Below are positions 35,723 through 48,000 of a stretch of 55,780 nt of DNA, piece by piece. The DNA comes from Prorocentrum cordatum (taxonomy: Eukaryota), in NCBI GenBank assembly GCA_963575745.1, contig CAUYUJ010000134.1:62001-117780 (forward strand). The letters run 5' to 3'. The position numbers and the translations under genes are program-made. Within the stretch, counting starts at the first letter, position 1. Each line of letters starts with the position of its first letter. A model generated the notes under the pieces. That model was given only the letters and a program-made list of their open reading frames with translations, had not been told where the DNA came from and did no database searches.

Positions 35723-35825
35723 TTTCGTAGTCGTCGTCGATCGTCGATCGTCGATCGCCGATCGTCGTCGTCGTCGGCGATCGTCGACCGTCGGTCGTCG
35801 ATCGTCGATCGTCGTCGTCGTCCTC
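35555..35825. repeat. (GTC/GCC)n and (GATCGTC)n microsatellites
   Basis: Read directly from the sequence. Confidence 0.9.
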
Positions 35826-36209
35826 GGGGCGGGCGCGGCGTCCGCCTGTCATCAGCTTCGGCCACTTCCCAGGACAGCCCGCCAGCCCGCGGCCCGAGGG
35901 AGGATGAGGCATTGAGGGAGGAGGAGGGGGGAGGGAACGGGCGGGGTAGGGAGGTGGACGGCAGGCGGGAGGGAACGCACAGGAAGGGAAAACACCAGGA
36001 AAAAGGGGGGGTGACGGCGCGGGGGGGCGGTAGGACGAGGGGGAGTGGATGAATGCGAAGACGGATGAATGATAAGGCATGGGAGCGGACAAGTTGGATA
36101 GCCGCGAGGGGCGCGAGGATGCGGTTGGGCAAGGAGGAGGCGAAAGGCGAGGATGAGGTGGGTAATGTGGAGGCGCATGGAGGGTGTAACAGGAGGGCTC
36201 CAAGATATG

Positions 36210-36495
36210 TTAAGCCTAGCTCTAACCCCCACCCCAATTACAAGATAGCCGCTAAAGCTAACGCTAAAACGACCTCTAAGATAGCACATAACCCTAACCC
36301 TGAGATAACCCCATAACCCAAACCATCATATAACCTCTAACCTGCGGTGGCCCCGAACCCCTCGCCCTTAGATGACCCCTAACCCAAAGTACTCTAACAT
36401 TAACCTCAAGACAACTCCTAACCCTGAGGGCCCAAGGTACACCAACCCTAACACCAACATATCTTTGACCCCTAACCCTAAAGGCCCCTAACCCA
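36210..36495 (-). repeat. Degenerate CCCTAA tract (reverse complement of the 30845-31660 tract type)
   Basis: AACCCTAACCC and ACCCCTAACCC units. Confidence 0.7.
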
Positions 36496-36978
36496 GAGGG
36501 CATTATGGGGGGGAGGATGATAAGGAGGTGGAGGAGGAGGAGAAGGATGAAGAGAGGGAGGAGGAGAAGGAGGGGGAAGAAAAGGGGATAAGGAGGAGGA
36601 GGGGTAGGATGTGCTGGAGGATGGCGAGGAGGAGGAAGAAAGGGGACGGGGGGAGGAGGAGAAGGAGGAGGATGAGGAGGAGGAGGCCGTTGTTTGTGGA
36701 TACAAACACGGATGCGCCGTATGGCGCGAACAACTCGGGTATAGTTGCCCGTGATAGTGGTAGCGGAACTGTAGTGCGACCCCCCATGATTTGTTGCGCC
36801 AGCAACGGCTGCATATTGCTAAGCAGCCTTCTTGGTAGCGGATCTTGAGATTGCGCGGCGTGCCGTGGTACATTCGGCCTGTGTTATTAATGTCATGTCG
36901 GGCGTGCGTGCGCATGAATGAAACTATTGTGTTGGCGCGTGAACCGCTCGCTATGGTGCGCCCAAGCACACGGAGATA

Positions 36979-36981
<3 letters not shown>

Positions 36982-37072
<91 letters not shown>
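36982..37072 (+). repeat. Poly(A) tract near the right TIR
   Basis: ~90 A. Confidence 0.9.
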
Positions 37073-37073
<1 letters not shown>

Positions 37074-37188
37074 GGCGCGGAGAAGGAAAAAGTGCATATG
37101 GAAAAAAGAAAGGATTTGAGGAAAAAAACATGAACCCTGACATAGCTCTTGCGGATGCTCTGCGGATGCTCTGCGGGTGCTTTCGGGT

Positions 37189-37276
37189 GGGCCTGCGGAT
37201 GCCTCTGCGGGAGCCTGGCGGGGAAAAAAACAAAAGGGTTCCCGATGTGGCCCTGTAGGATGATCTGCCGACATAA
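37189..37276 (-). repeat. Right terminal inverted repeat
   Basis: Ends ...GGATGATCTGCCGACATAA, immediately followed by the TSD GACTAGCG. Confidence 0.92.
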
Positions 37277-38849
37277 GACTAGCGCAACGCAGGAACGACA
37301 CAGACACCCGCATGACTGCATCGTGCACGGCGGCAATCGTACCCGAGGCGAGGTATGTACGCCGCGAGCACAGGGTCATATTGGGCCACCTTGGGCCAAA
37401 TAACTCTCGCGTGGACGTGGTGGCTCGCGCCTCGCTCGCCCATCTCGCGGTCTCCTTCACCTTGCCCCCCTCGGTATCACCCCCCTCCGTGGCCCTCCTG
37501 CTGGGGCCCAGGACTGGGATCCGTTTGAAACGCTCGTGTTTCCACGCGCGGAACTCGGGGTGGGCGTGGAGCTCGTCGAGCCCTGAGGGGAGCCTCAATA
37601 GGCACGCGCAATACAAGGCCGGCTTATCGCCGCAAACCTTGGGCGCGCCTTCCTGACGGACGTCGCCCTCTCGCAACAGGGGCACGCAATAAGCGACGGG
37701 AGGCCGCTTCACCCTGCAATCGAGCACCTCATCGCCAAAGCAACGGCCCCCCCAACGGCTCCTTGCGGCGACGCCACCCAGCGCCCACGAGGTCCAGACA
37801 CAAGGCAAGCTTAGACTGCTTCTGCGCCATGGCGCCCTGCAGAGCAGCGGCTCGAGCGACAGACACCCCCATCCCCTCGCCGAGAGTCGCGGCAAACGCC
37901 CAATGAACAGAAGACAAGCAGACCCGCAATTCAGGCCCCCAAAATTCACCGAAGCGGTTTACTTCGAGGACGCCTAGCCGCTCGTGGAGGGGGATGCCGT
38001 TGAGCTGGAAGCCTGCATTTACTAGCTCTTCAAAACTCATCGGGGCGCCCGCGCCCGCGTGGGCGCCCCAGCTGGCCGACTCCAACGCTGGGGGATCCAA
38101 GCCCACCTCCTCTGGGGGACAGCGGAGGCCCCGCGGGGGCCGAAGGGCGGGAGCGGGCGGAGAGCGGAAGGAGGAGAAGTGGGGACTGGAGGCCCCTGGT
38201 CGACATCCGCCACGTTGCCAGCTGCATTAGAGAAGGCGCTGGCCAGGGAATCGGGCAATCTCGCAAGCGAGCTGGTCGATTGTCTCTCTGGCCATCGAAC
38301 GAGCAGCGGAAGTGAGTGGGCGTTGCCGGCGCGGATCAAGTCCACGAGACTGGGATGAACCAAATGTGGACACAAGAAGATGCCGCCATCACCATTCGCC
38401 TCTGATCCCAGGAACGCCAGGCCGCACTCTCCCCCAATGTAATCTAGGCGCGCCGGGCGCAAGACCTTCCTGCGCCGCCGCTGGGCCGAGATGATTGCGA
38501 AGAAAACGTGGGGGTCTTGGGCCCCCCCGACATCGAGGGCCTCACCCGACGGATCGCAAAGAATCTGAACAACATCCACAAGGTCAGGGATCGGGGGCGC
38601 GAGAGCCGCCCCGTCTTGGCCAGCACGTGGATCACCTCCCCCCTGGACGTAGCCCATCAACTCCCGGCGGGCGACGGCCGCGGGCGCCGGGCCGCGCCTC
38701 CGCCTGAGAGCTTAGCCAGTACACCATCCCATTCCACTTCCCACCATATCCTGATCATCCTGCCCCCTCTGCTCCTTCTTCCCCACATCCTGAGTGGGGT
38801 TCTTGTTCTCCCAGAACATCCCCTCCTTCTACCCCCGCCTCCCGCCCCC

Positions 38850-39795
38850 CCTTTCGCGCCCCTCCCACCCCTCCACGGAGGCCCCGCCTGAGCGAGGAGG
38901 GCATCGGAAACCACTACTATCACAAGGTTTTCGCGCCCCACCCACCCCTCCAGGGAGGCCCCGCCTGAGCGAGGAGGGCATCGGAAACCCATACTATTTA
39001 CATTGTTTGGTGCCCTTCCCACCTCTCCAGGGAGGCCCCGCCTGAGCGAGGAGGGCATCGGAAACCCATGATATTTACACGGTGTCGCGCCATTCCCACC
39101 CCTCCAGGGAGGCCCCGCCTGAGCGTGGAGGTCATCGAAAACCCATGCTATTTACATGGTTTCGCGCCCCTCCCACCCCTCCAGGGAGGCCCTGTCTGAG
39201 CGAGGAGGGCATCGGAAACCCATACTATTTACCTGGTTTCGCGCCCCTCCCACCCCTCCAGGGAGGCCCCGTCTGAGCGAGGAGGGCATCGGAAACCCGT
39301 ACTATTTACATGGTTTCGCGCCCCTCCCACCCCTCCAGGGAGGCCCCGCCTGAGCGAGGAGGGCATCGGAAACCAATATTTGTCACATGGTTTCGCGCTC
39401 CCCCCACCCCTCCAGGGAGGCCCCGCCTGAGCGAGGAGGGTATCGGAAACCAATACGATTTACATGGTTTCGCGCTCCTCCCACCCCTCCAGGGAGGCCC
39501 CGCCTGAGCGAGGAGGGTATCGGAAACCCATATGAGTTACATTGTTTCGCGCCCCTCCCACACCTCCAGGGAGGCCCCGCCTGAGCGAGGAGGGCATCGG
39601 AAACCAATACAATTTACATGGTGTCGCGCCATTCCCACCTCTCCAGGGAGGCCCCGCCTGAGCGAGGAGGGCATCGGAAACCCATGCTATTTACATGGTT
39701 TCGCGCCCCTCCCACCCCTCCGGGGAGGCCCCGTCTGAGCGAGGAGGGCATTGGAAATCCACGCTACTTAAATGGTTTCGCGCCTCTCCCACTGA
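38850..39795. repeat. 77-bp tandem repeat x~12 (two further decayed copies at ~40490-40660)
   Basis: GGAGGCCCCGCCTGAGCGAGGAGGGCATCGGAAACC recurs at 77-bp spacing. Confidence 0.95.
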
Positions 39796-39899
39796 CACGG
39801 GCGAGGAGGAGGGGGGAACATTACCTATCCATCTCACGTCCTACTTCTCCCACTGAGAAGGGCGAGGAGGAGGGGGAGTTCTGCGATGAGGAAGGCTTC

Positions 39900-40485
39900 A
39901 TCATGATGACGGTGATGACGATGGTTATGCTGTTCACGATGACGATGACGATAGCGATCATGGCGATGGACGGTGACGATGGCGATAACGGCGATGATGA
40001 TGATGATGATGACGATGATGATGACGATGATGATGATGATGGCGAAGACGATGATGACAACGACGACGACGACGACGACGACGATGATGATGCGGATGCT
40101 GGTGATGCTGACGATGCTGCTGCTGATGCTGACGTTGCTTGTGTTGTTGATGATGATGACAACGATGATGTTGATGATGATGACGTCCACGATGATGCGG
40201 ACGAGTATGATGCCAAGGACGATGATGGTGATGGTGATGTCGATGATGATGATGGCGATGATGGCGAAGACGGTGATGATGATGACGATAACGATGCCGA
40301 TGATGATGATGCTGATGATGATGATGAGGATGATGACGATGGTTATGATGATGCCGATGATGCTGACGATAATGATGATGATGGTGATGCTGATGGTACT
40401 GCTGATGATGACGATGATGCTGATGATGACGACGACGACGATGCTGGTGATGATGATGATGATGATGCCGAGGATGAGGAGGACG
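39900..40485. repeat. (GAT/GAC)n microsatellite
   Basis: Read directly from the sequence. Confidence 0.95.
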
Positions 40486-40829
40486 CGGAGGAGGCCCCCC
40501 ACTCCTCCCCTCCACTCCTCCAGAGAGGCCGCCCTCGAACGAGGAGGGTCGCGGAAAGCATACTCTTCACCATGTTTCGTAGCCCGCCCCCTTCCAGCGG
40601 GGCCCCGCCAGAGCGAGGAGGGTATCAAGAAACCGTACTATTTACAAGGCTTCGTTTCCTGAGCACCTGTCCTTCCTCCTCCTTTCTTTCGTCTGTCCTT
40701 TCGTGCGTACTTACTCGTTTGATGAGCTTCTCCTTCGCGCTGATGTTGTCGTACCCCATGGGTCCCACGAAACCGTTAATATTTTTATGTGGGGAACTCC
40801 GTTAGCTTAACTTTGCCCCACCTCCCCCG

Positions 40830-40877
<48 letters not shown>

Positions 40878-42039
40878 ACCCCACCCCCACCACCCACCCA
40901 CCCCCCACCCCCACCCCATCCTTGTTCCTTATTAGAATATACCCCCATCTACCTCGTATTCCGGCCGATAGCGGCCCAATCCGGGACCTCCCATCCCGAC
41001 TGTAAAAAATCATTACCAAGTGGCCGTTTTCCTTCTCAACATCGTCTTTCTTGTCGTCGACAATGCGAAAAGCGCGGCAGGAATGGGACGCGGCGCACAT
41101 CGCGCGCGGCAGTCCATCTGGGCCCGCCCATCCTGAGTGTAAAAAATCAATACAAAGTCTTCGTTGTTTCATCTCAGCATGGCCTGCCTTGTCGCCGACG
41201 GTGCGAAATATGTGGCAGCAGTGGGACGCGGCGCACATATGGGCCGCGGCGCACATCGCGCGCGGCCGTCGATCCGGGCCCGCCCATCCTGATTGTAACA
41301 AAATCAATACAAAGTTTCCGTTTTTCCCCTCAGCATGGCCTGCCTTGTCGCCGACGGTGCGAAATGGACTGGGACGCGGCGCGCATCGCGCGCGGACGTC
41401 CATGCGGGCTGCGGGCCCCCCCATCCTGACTATTAAAAAATTACTCACTGCGTGGAGCTCCCCATATGTGCATATCACGTTTTATGTCATGCCGTGGCGA
41501 GCGTCTGCTCATGAGCGGTCGACTACAATAGCGCGTCCACGTGGGCGACAGGTCCGACGAAGACGAGTGACCCCTAGTGCGAGTGATTGCGCATGAGGCA
41601 GAGTGAGCTTTGAGTATGGTTGAATGCGAGCCTCTTCCTCTTCATCCCCCCTCCTCAGCTGCCAGGCCTTCCCCTTTTCAGCCCGTGGTAGCTTTGGAGC
41701 TGCCCACATGTGCACATGTTGTAGGATAGTTGGCAGTGGGATATGTAAGACGAGCGCTTAGCCACACAAGGCCATAAGTGCATGTCATGTTGGAGGATAG
41801 TGCCACGGTGAGCATTTCCAACGATCCCCGCACACAACCACCGCCCCCCTCGCAGTCAACCCCTATGAATACATATATATATATATCCAAGTAATAACAA
41901 GAACCCCATCCTAGGATATGGGGAACAAGCAAACCACCTGAGACATCCCCACAAAATGGCCGCGAACGAGCCCGTGCAACCACCCCTGGCGGCTCCCCTT
42001 AGGGGTGCTGAAACCAGCGCCCCGACTGAGACATCCTCA

Positions 42040-45000
42040 CAACTAGCTCTCCAGCGCCCGGAATTACTCTTAAGCTTCCAGCAATAACTTGCTAAGGGAA
42101 GCTCTACGAGTTACTGGGCGCCGGCGGTAAGCCGTCAACCTTTCTTACCGCCGGGGGACTCGTAGAGCTTCCTGACAATATATAATGTCGAAAAAAATTG
42201 CAGAGAACGAATAGTTTTTCAGCCCAAGCGATTTCAGACCTCTCGATGCAACAGCCGAACGCCCCCGATGCTTCTGGATTGTCTTCTGTACGAGCTCTGT
42301 AGCTCTCCTACAGCCCGAGTTACGTGCGTAAATCGACAGCAACCCTCAAGATGACTGGAACAATACGAATAGTTTGGCAAACCTAGCTTGAGTATCAGAC
42401 AAGTTCAGGCCTCTGAATGCGATAGGCAGACGCGTCTGATGTCTCCGAATCGATTCCTGTGATTACCAGCCCTGCAGCCCCCGTGCAGCCCGAGTTAAGT
42501 GCAGAAAACGGACAGCATCTCAGGATGACTCGAACAATACGAATAGTTTCGCGGACCTAGCTCGGGCAGCAGACCGAGTTCCGAGCTCTGGATTCGACAG
42601 GCGGACGCGCCTGATGTCTCTGAATCGATTCCTGTGACTACCAGCACTGTAGCCCCCCACAACCCAAGTTAAGTAGAAAACCCAAGCAGCTCTCAAGATG
42701 ACTCGAACAATACAAACGGTTTCGCGACTCTAGAGAGGGCAGCAGACCGAGGCCAGAGCTCTGGATTCAACAGACAAACGCGACTGATGACTCTGAATCG
42801 TTTTCTGTAATTCTCAGCTCTGTAGCTGTGATATAGCTCGAGTTAAGTACAGAAAACCGAGAGCGTCTGTCAAGATGACTCGAATGATACGAATAGATTT
42901 GCGGGCCTAGCTCGGCTAGCAGACCGAGTTCAGACCTCTGGATGGAGAAGACGAACGCGCCTGATCATTCTGAATCGATGACGTGTGCTGACCAGCTCTG
43001 TAGCTGTCCTGTATCTCGAGTGAAGTCCAATATACCGACAGCGCGTATCAAGATGACTCGAAACAGCCGATCCCGCCTGGACGCTTTTTGGCAGTAAAAG
43101 GTACCCGATCGAGCTGAGATCAAGATGGCGAGCGCAAATAAGATCGAATATTACGGAAAAAATACTAGAGCTCCAACGAATGGTTGAATTTCGAGAACAA
43201 AATTTTCAACCGACCAAAAGTCATCAAAACGTCCGTCGAGATTTTCCTTGCCAACTAGCTCTCCAGCGCCCCAGAATTACTGGCGCCGGCTGTGAACCGT
43301 CAACCTGGTCACCGCGGGGAACCTCGTAGAGCTCATTTCACGCGTGAGAAAGCTCAGAGTCGAAAGAGAGAGCTTCTGGAGGCATTTCTCGAAAAATTGA
43401 ACATTGATTTCTTTCATGTCGAAATAAAGTTGGTTGCTCCAAGTGTTTCAATAGTAAAAGTGCGCCTACAGAGCTCATATTAAGACGCAGAGCCTCTCAT
43501 AACCTTTTACAGGTGCGAAAAATCTGCTTTCTCAAATAAATGGTCAAATATTTCGGAAATATTCGCAAAACCACCCAAAAGTTGTTACTTTGTCCTTTCT
43601 GGTCGGGTCGACCAACTGGGCGCCGGCGGTGAACCGTCAACCTTTCTTACCGCCGGGAGACTCGTAGAGCTTCCTGACAGCATTTATATCGAAAATAATT
43701 GCCGAGAACAAATAGTTTTTCAGCCCAAGCGATTTCAGACCTCTCGATGCAACAGCCAAACGCTTCCGATGCTTCTGGATTGTCTTCTGCACAAGCTCTG
43801 TAGCTCTCCTAGAGCCCGAGTTACGTGCGTAAATCGACGGCACCTCTCAAGATGACTCCAACAAAACAAATAGTTGGGCAAAACCAGCTCGAGATCAGAC
43901 CGAGTTCAGACCTCTGAATGCGACAGGCGGACGCGTCTGATGTCTCCGAATTGATTCCTGTGATTACCAGCCCTGCAGCCCCCCTACAGCCCGAGTTAAG
44001 TGGGAAACGGACAGTGCCTCTCAGGATGACTCGAACAATACGAACAGTTTCGCGGACCGAGTTCGGGCAGCAGACCCAGTTCCGCTCTGGATTCGACAGG
44101 CGGACTCGCCTGATGTCTTGAATTCGATTCCTCTGACCACCAGCGCTCTAGCCCCATAGAGCCCGATTGAAGTGCATAAACGGACAGCACCTCTCAAGAT
44201 GACTCGAATAATACGAACAGTTTCGCGATTCTAGATCGGGCAGCCAAAGGGTTTCAGAGCTCTGCATTGAACAGAGAAACGCGACTGATCATTCTGAATC
44301 GGTTTCTGTAAGTATCAGCTTTGTAGCTAGCCTAGATAGAGCTCGAGTTAAGTACAGAAAGCCGAGAGCGCCTGTGAAGATGACTCGAGTTCAGACCTCC
44401 GAATGTGACAGGCGGACGCGTCTGATGTCTCGGAATCGGTTCCTGTGATTACCAGCCCTGCAGCCCCCCTACAGCCCGAGTTAAGAGTCGAAAACCGACA
44501 GAATCTCAGGATGACTCGAACAATACGACTAGTTTCGCGGACCTAGTTCGGGCAGCAGACCGAGTTCCGAGCTCTGGATTCGACAGGCGGACGCGCCTGA
44601 TGTCTCTGAATCGATTCCTGTGACTACCAGCACTGTAGCCCCCCTACAGCCCGAGTTGAGTACAGAAAACCGACAGCATCTCTCAAGATGACTCGAAAAA
44701 TATTAACAGTTTCGCGATTCTAGATCGGGCAGCGGACCGAGTTCAGAGCTCTGGATTCAACAGAGAAACGCGACTGATGATCCTGAGTCGTTTCCTGTAA
44801 GTATCATCTCCCTAGCTGTCCTATAGCGCGAGTTAAGTATAGAAAACCGAGAGTGTCTGTCAAGATGAGTCGAATAATACGAATAGGTTTGCGGACCTAG
44901 CTAGCAGACCGAGTTCAGACCTCTAGATGCAACAGACGAACGCGCCTGATCATTCTGAATCGATAAGGTGTGCTTACCAGCTCTGTAGCTGTCCTGTATC

Positions 45001-48000
45001 TCGAGTTAAGTCCAATACCTACAGCGCGTATCAAGACGGCTCGAAACGGCCGATCCCGCCCGTGTGCTTTTTGACAGTAAAAGGTACCCGATCAAGCTGA
45101 GATCAAGATGGCGAGCGGGAATAAGATCGAATATCACGGAAAAAAATACTAGAGCTCTAACGAATGGTTGAATTTCGAGAACAAAATTTTCAACCGACCA
45201 AAAGTCAGCAAAAGGTCGTCGAGATTATTCTTGTCAACTAGCTCTCCAGCCCCCCCGAATTAATCTTAAGCTTCTAGCAACAACTTGCTAAGGGAAGATC
45301 TACGAGTTACTAGCTCCACCCCGCGCCGGAATAACTCGTAGAGCTTCCGTTAGCAAGTTGTTGCTGGAAGCTTAAGAGTAATTCCGGGGCGCTGGAGAGC
45401 TAGTTGGCAAGAAAAATCTCGACTGACCTTTTGCTGACTTTTGGTCGGTTGAAAATTTTGTTCTCAAAATTTGAACATTCGTTAGAGCTCTTGTATGTTT
45501 TCCCGTGATATTCGATCTTATTCCCGCTCGCCGTCTTGATCTCAGCTCGATCGGGTACCTTTTACTGTCAAAAAGCACTGCGGCGGGATCGGCCGTTTCG
45601 GGTCATCTTGACACGCGGTGACGGTTTCTCAAGATAACTCGAGCTTAGGACAGCTACAGAGCTGGTAAGCACACCTTATCGATTCAGAATGATCAGGCGC
45701 GTTCGCCTGTTGAACCCAGAGGTCTGAACTCGGTCTGCTAGCCGAGCTAGGTCCGCAAACCTATTCGTATTATTCGAGTCATCTTGACAGACGCTCTCGG
45801 TTTTCTGTACTTAACTCGAGCTACAGGACAGCTACAGAGCTGATACGTACAGAATCTGATTCAGAATTATCAGTGGCCGTTGTCTGTTGAATCCAGAGCT
45901 CTGAACTCGGTCTGCTGCCCTATCTAGAATCGCGAAACTATTCGTATTGTTCGAGTTATCTTGAGAGATGCTGTCGGTTCTCTGCACTTAACTCGGGCTG
46001 TAGGGGGGCTGCATGGCTGGTAATCACTGGAATCGATTCGGAGACATCAGGCGCGTCCGCCTTTCGAATCCAGAGCTCCGAACTCTGTCTGCTGCCCGAA
46101 CTAGGTCCGCGAAACTATTCGTATTGTTCGAGTCATCCTGAGAGGTGCTGTCGGTTTCCTGCACTTAACTCGGGCTGTAGGGGGGGCTGCAGGGCTGGTA
46201 ATCACAGGAATCGATTCAGGAGACATCAGACGCGTCCGCCTGTCGCATGCAAGGGCTGAACTCGGTCTGATACTCGAGCTAGGTTTGCCAAACTATTCGT
46301 ATTGTTCGAGTCATCTTGAGAGGTGCTGTCGATTTACGCACGTAACTCGGGCTGTAGGAGAGCTACAGAGCTCGTACAGAAGACAATCCAGAAGCATCGG
46401 GGGCGCTCGGCTGTTGCATCCGAGAGGTCTGAAACTGCTTGGGCTGAAAAATTTTTTTTTCTATAATTTTGTTCGACATTATATGTTGTCAGGCAGCTCT
46501 ACGAGTCCCCTGGCGGTAAGAAAGGTTGACGGTTTACCGCCAGCGCCAGTAATTCCGGGGCGCTGGAGAGCTAGTTGGCAAGAAAAATATCGACGGACCT
46601 TCTGGTGACTTTTGGTCGGTTGAAAATTTTGCTCTCGAAATTCAACAATTCGTTAGCTCTAATATTTTTCCCATGATATTCGATCTTATTCCCGCTCGCC
46701 ATCTTGATCTCACCTCGATTACTGCCAAAGAGCACACGGGCGGGATCGGCCGTTTCAAATCATCTTGACACGAAATGACGGTTTTCTGAACATAACTCGA
46801 GCTTTAGGACAGCTACAGAGCTGGTGAGCACAGCTAATCGATTCAGAATGATCAGGCGCGTTCGCCTGTTCAGTCCAGAGGTCTGAACTCGGTCTGCTAG
46901 CCGAGCTAGGTCCGCAAACCTATTCGTATTATTCGAGTCATCTTGACAGACGCTCTCGATTTTCTGTACTTCACTCGAGCTACAGGACAGCTACAGAGCT
47001 GATAGGACAGAAACCAATTCAGAATCATTAGTGGCAGTTGTCTGTTGAATCCGGAGCTCTGAACTCGGTCTGCTGCCCGATCTTGAATCGCGAAACCATT
47101 TGTATTGTTCGAGTCATCTTGAGAAGTGATCTCGGTCTTCTGCACTCAACTCGGGCTGAGGGGGGCTACAGTGCTGGTGGTCACAAGAATCGATTTGAAG
47201 ACATCAGGCGCGTCCGTCTGTCGAATCCAGAGCACGGAACTCGGTCTGCTGCCCGAACTAGAACCGCGAAACTATTGTATGTCATCCTGAGAGGTGCTGT
47301 CGGTGTTCTGTACTTAACTGGGCGCCGGCGGTAAACCGTCAACCTTTCTTACCGCCGGGGGACTCGTAGAGCTTCCTGACAACATATAATCGAAAAAACT
47401 GCAGAGAACGAATAGTTTTTCAGCCCAAGCGATTTCAGACCTCTCGACGCAACAGCCGAACGATGCTTCTGGATTGTCTTCTGTACGAGCTCTGTAGCTC
47501 TCCTACAGCCCGAGTTACGCGACCTTCCACAGCAACCCTGCAGATGACTCGAACAATACGAATAGTTGGGCAAACCTAGCTCGAGTATCAGACCAAGTTC
47601 AGGCCTCTGAATGCGACAGGCGGACACGTCTGATGTCTCCGATCGATTCCTGTGAGTAACAGCCCTGCAGCCCCCCACAGCCCGAGTTAAATCAGAAAAC
47701 CGACAGCATCTTATCAGGATGACTCGAAGAATACGAATAGTTTCGCGGACCTAGTTCGGGGCAGACCGAGTTCCGAGCTCTGGATTCGACAGGCGGACGC
47801 GCCTGATGTCTCCAAATCGATTCCTGTGACAACCAGCACTGTAGCCCCTCAACAACTCGAGTTAAGTACAGAAAACCGACAGCATCTCTCAAGATGACTC
47901 CAGCAATACGAATAAGTTCGCGATTCTAGAGCGGGCAGCAGACCGAGTTCAGAGCTCTGGATTCAACAGACAAACGCGACTGATGACTCGGAATCGCATT

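Larger units (their letters stand above)
23052..37276 (+). mobile_element. 14.2-kb TIR DNA transposon (hAT-like) with two genes
   Basis: TIRs at 23052-23138 and 37189-37276 (first 12 bp TTATGTCGGCAG perfect, 9 differences over 88 positions by manual alignment). Subterminal GCATCCGCA repeats at both ends. Exact 8-bp direct repeat GACTAGCG at 23044-23051 and 37277-37284. Confidence 0.9.

Noticed and set aside
32814..36237. Long minus-strand ORFs overlapping ORF2
   Set aside because: Antisense shadows of a GC3-rich gene plus microsatellite.
38850..39795. Regularly spaced repeats resembling a CRISPR array
   Set aside because: The intervening parts are variants of one sequence, not unique spacers. 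No cas genes, and the context is eukaryotic.
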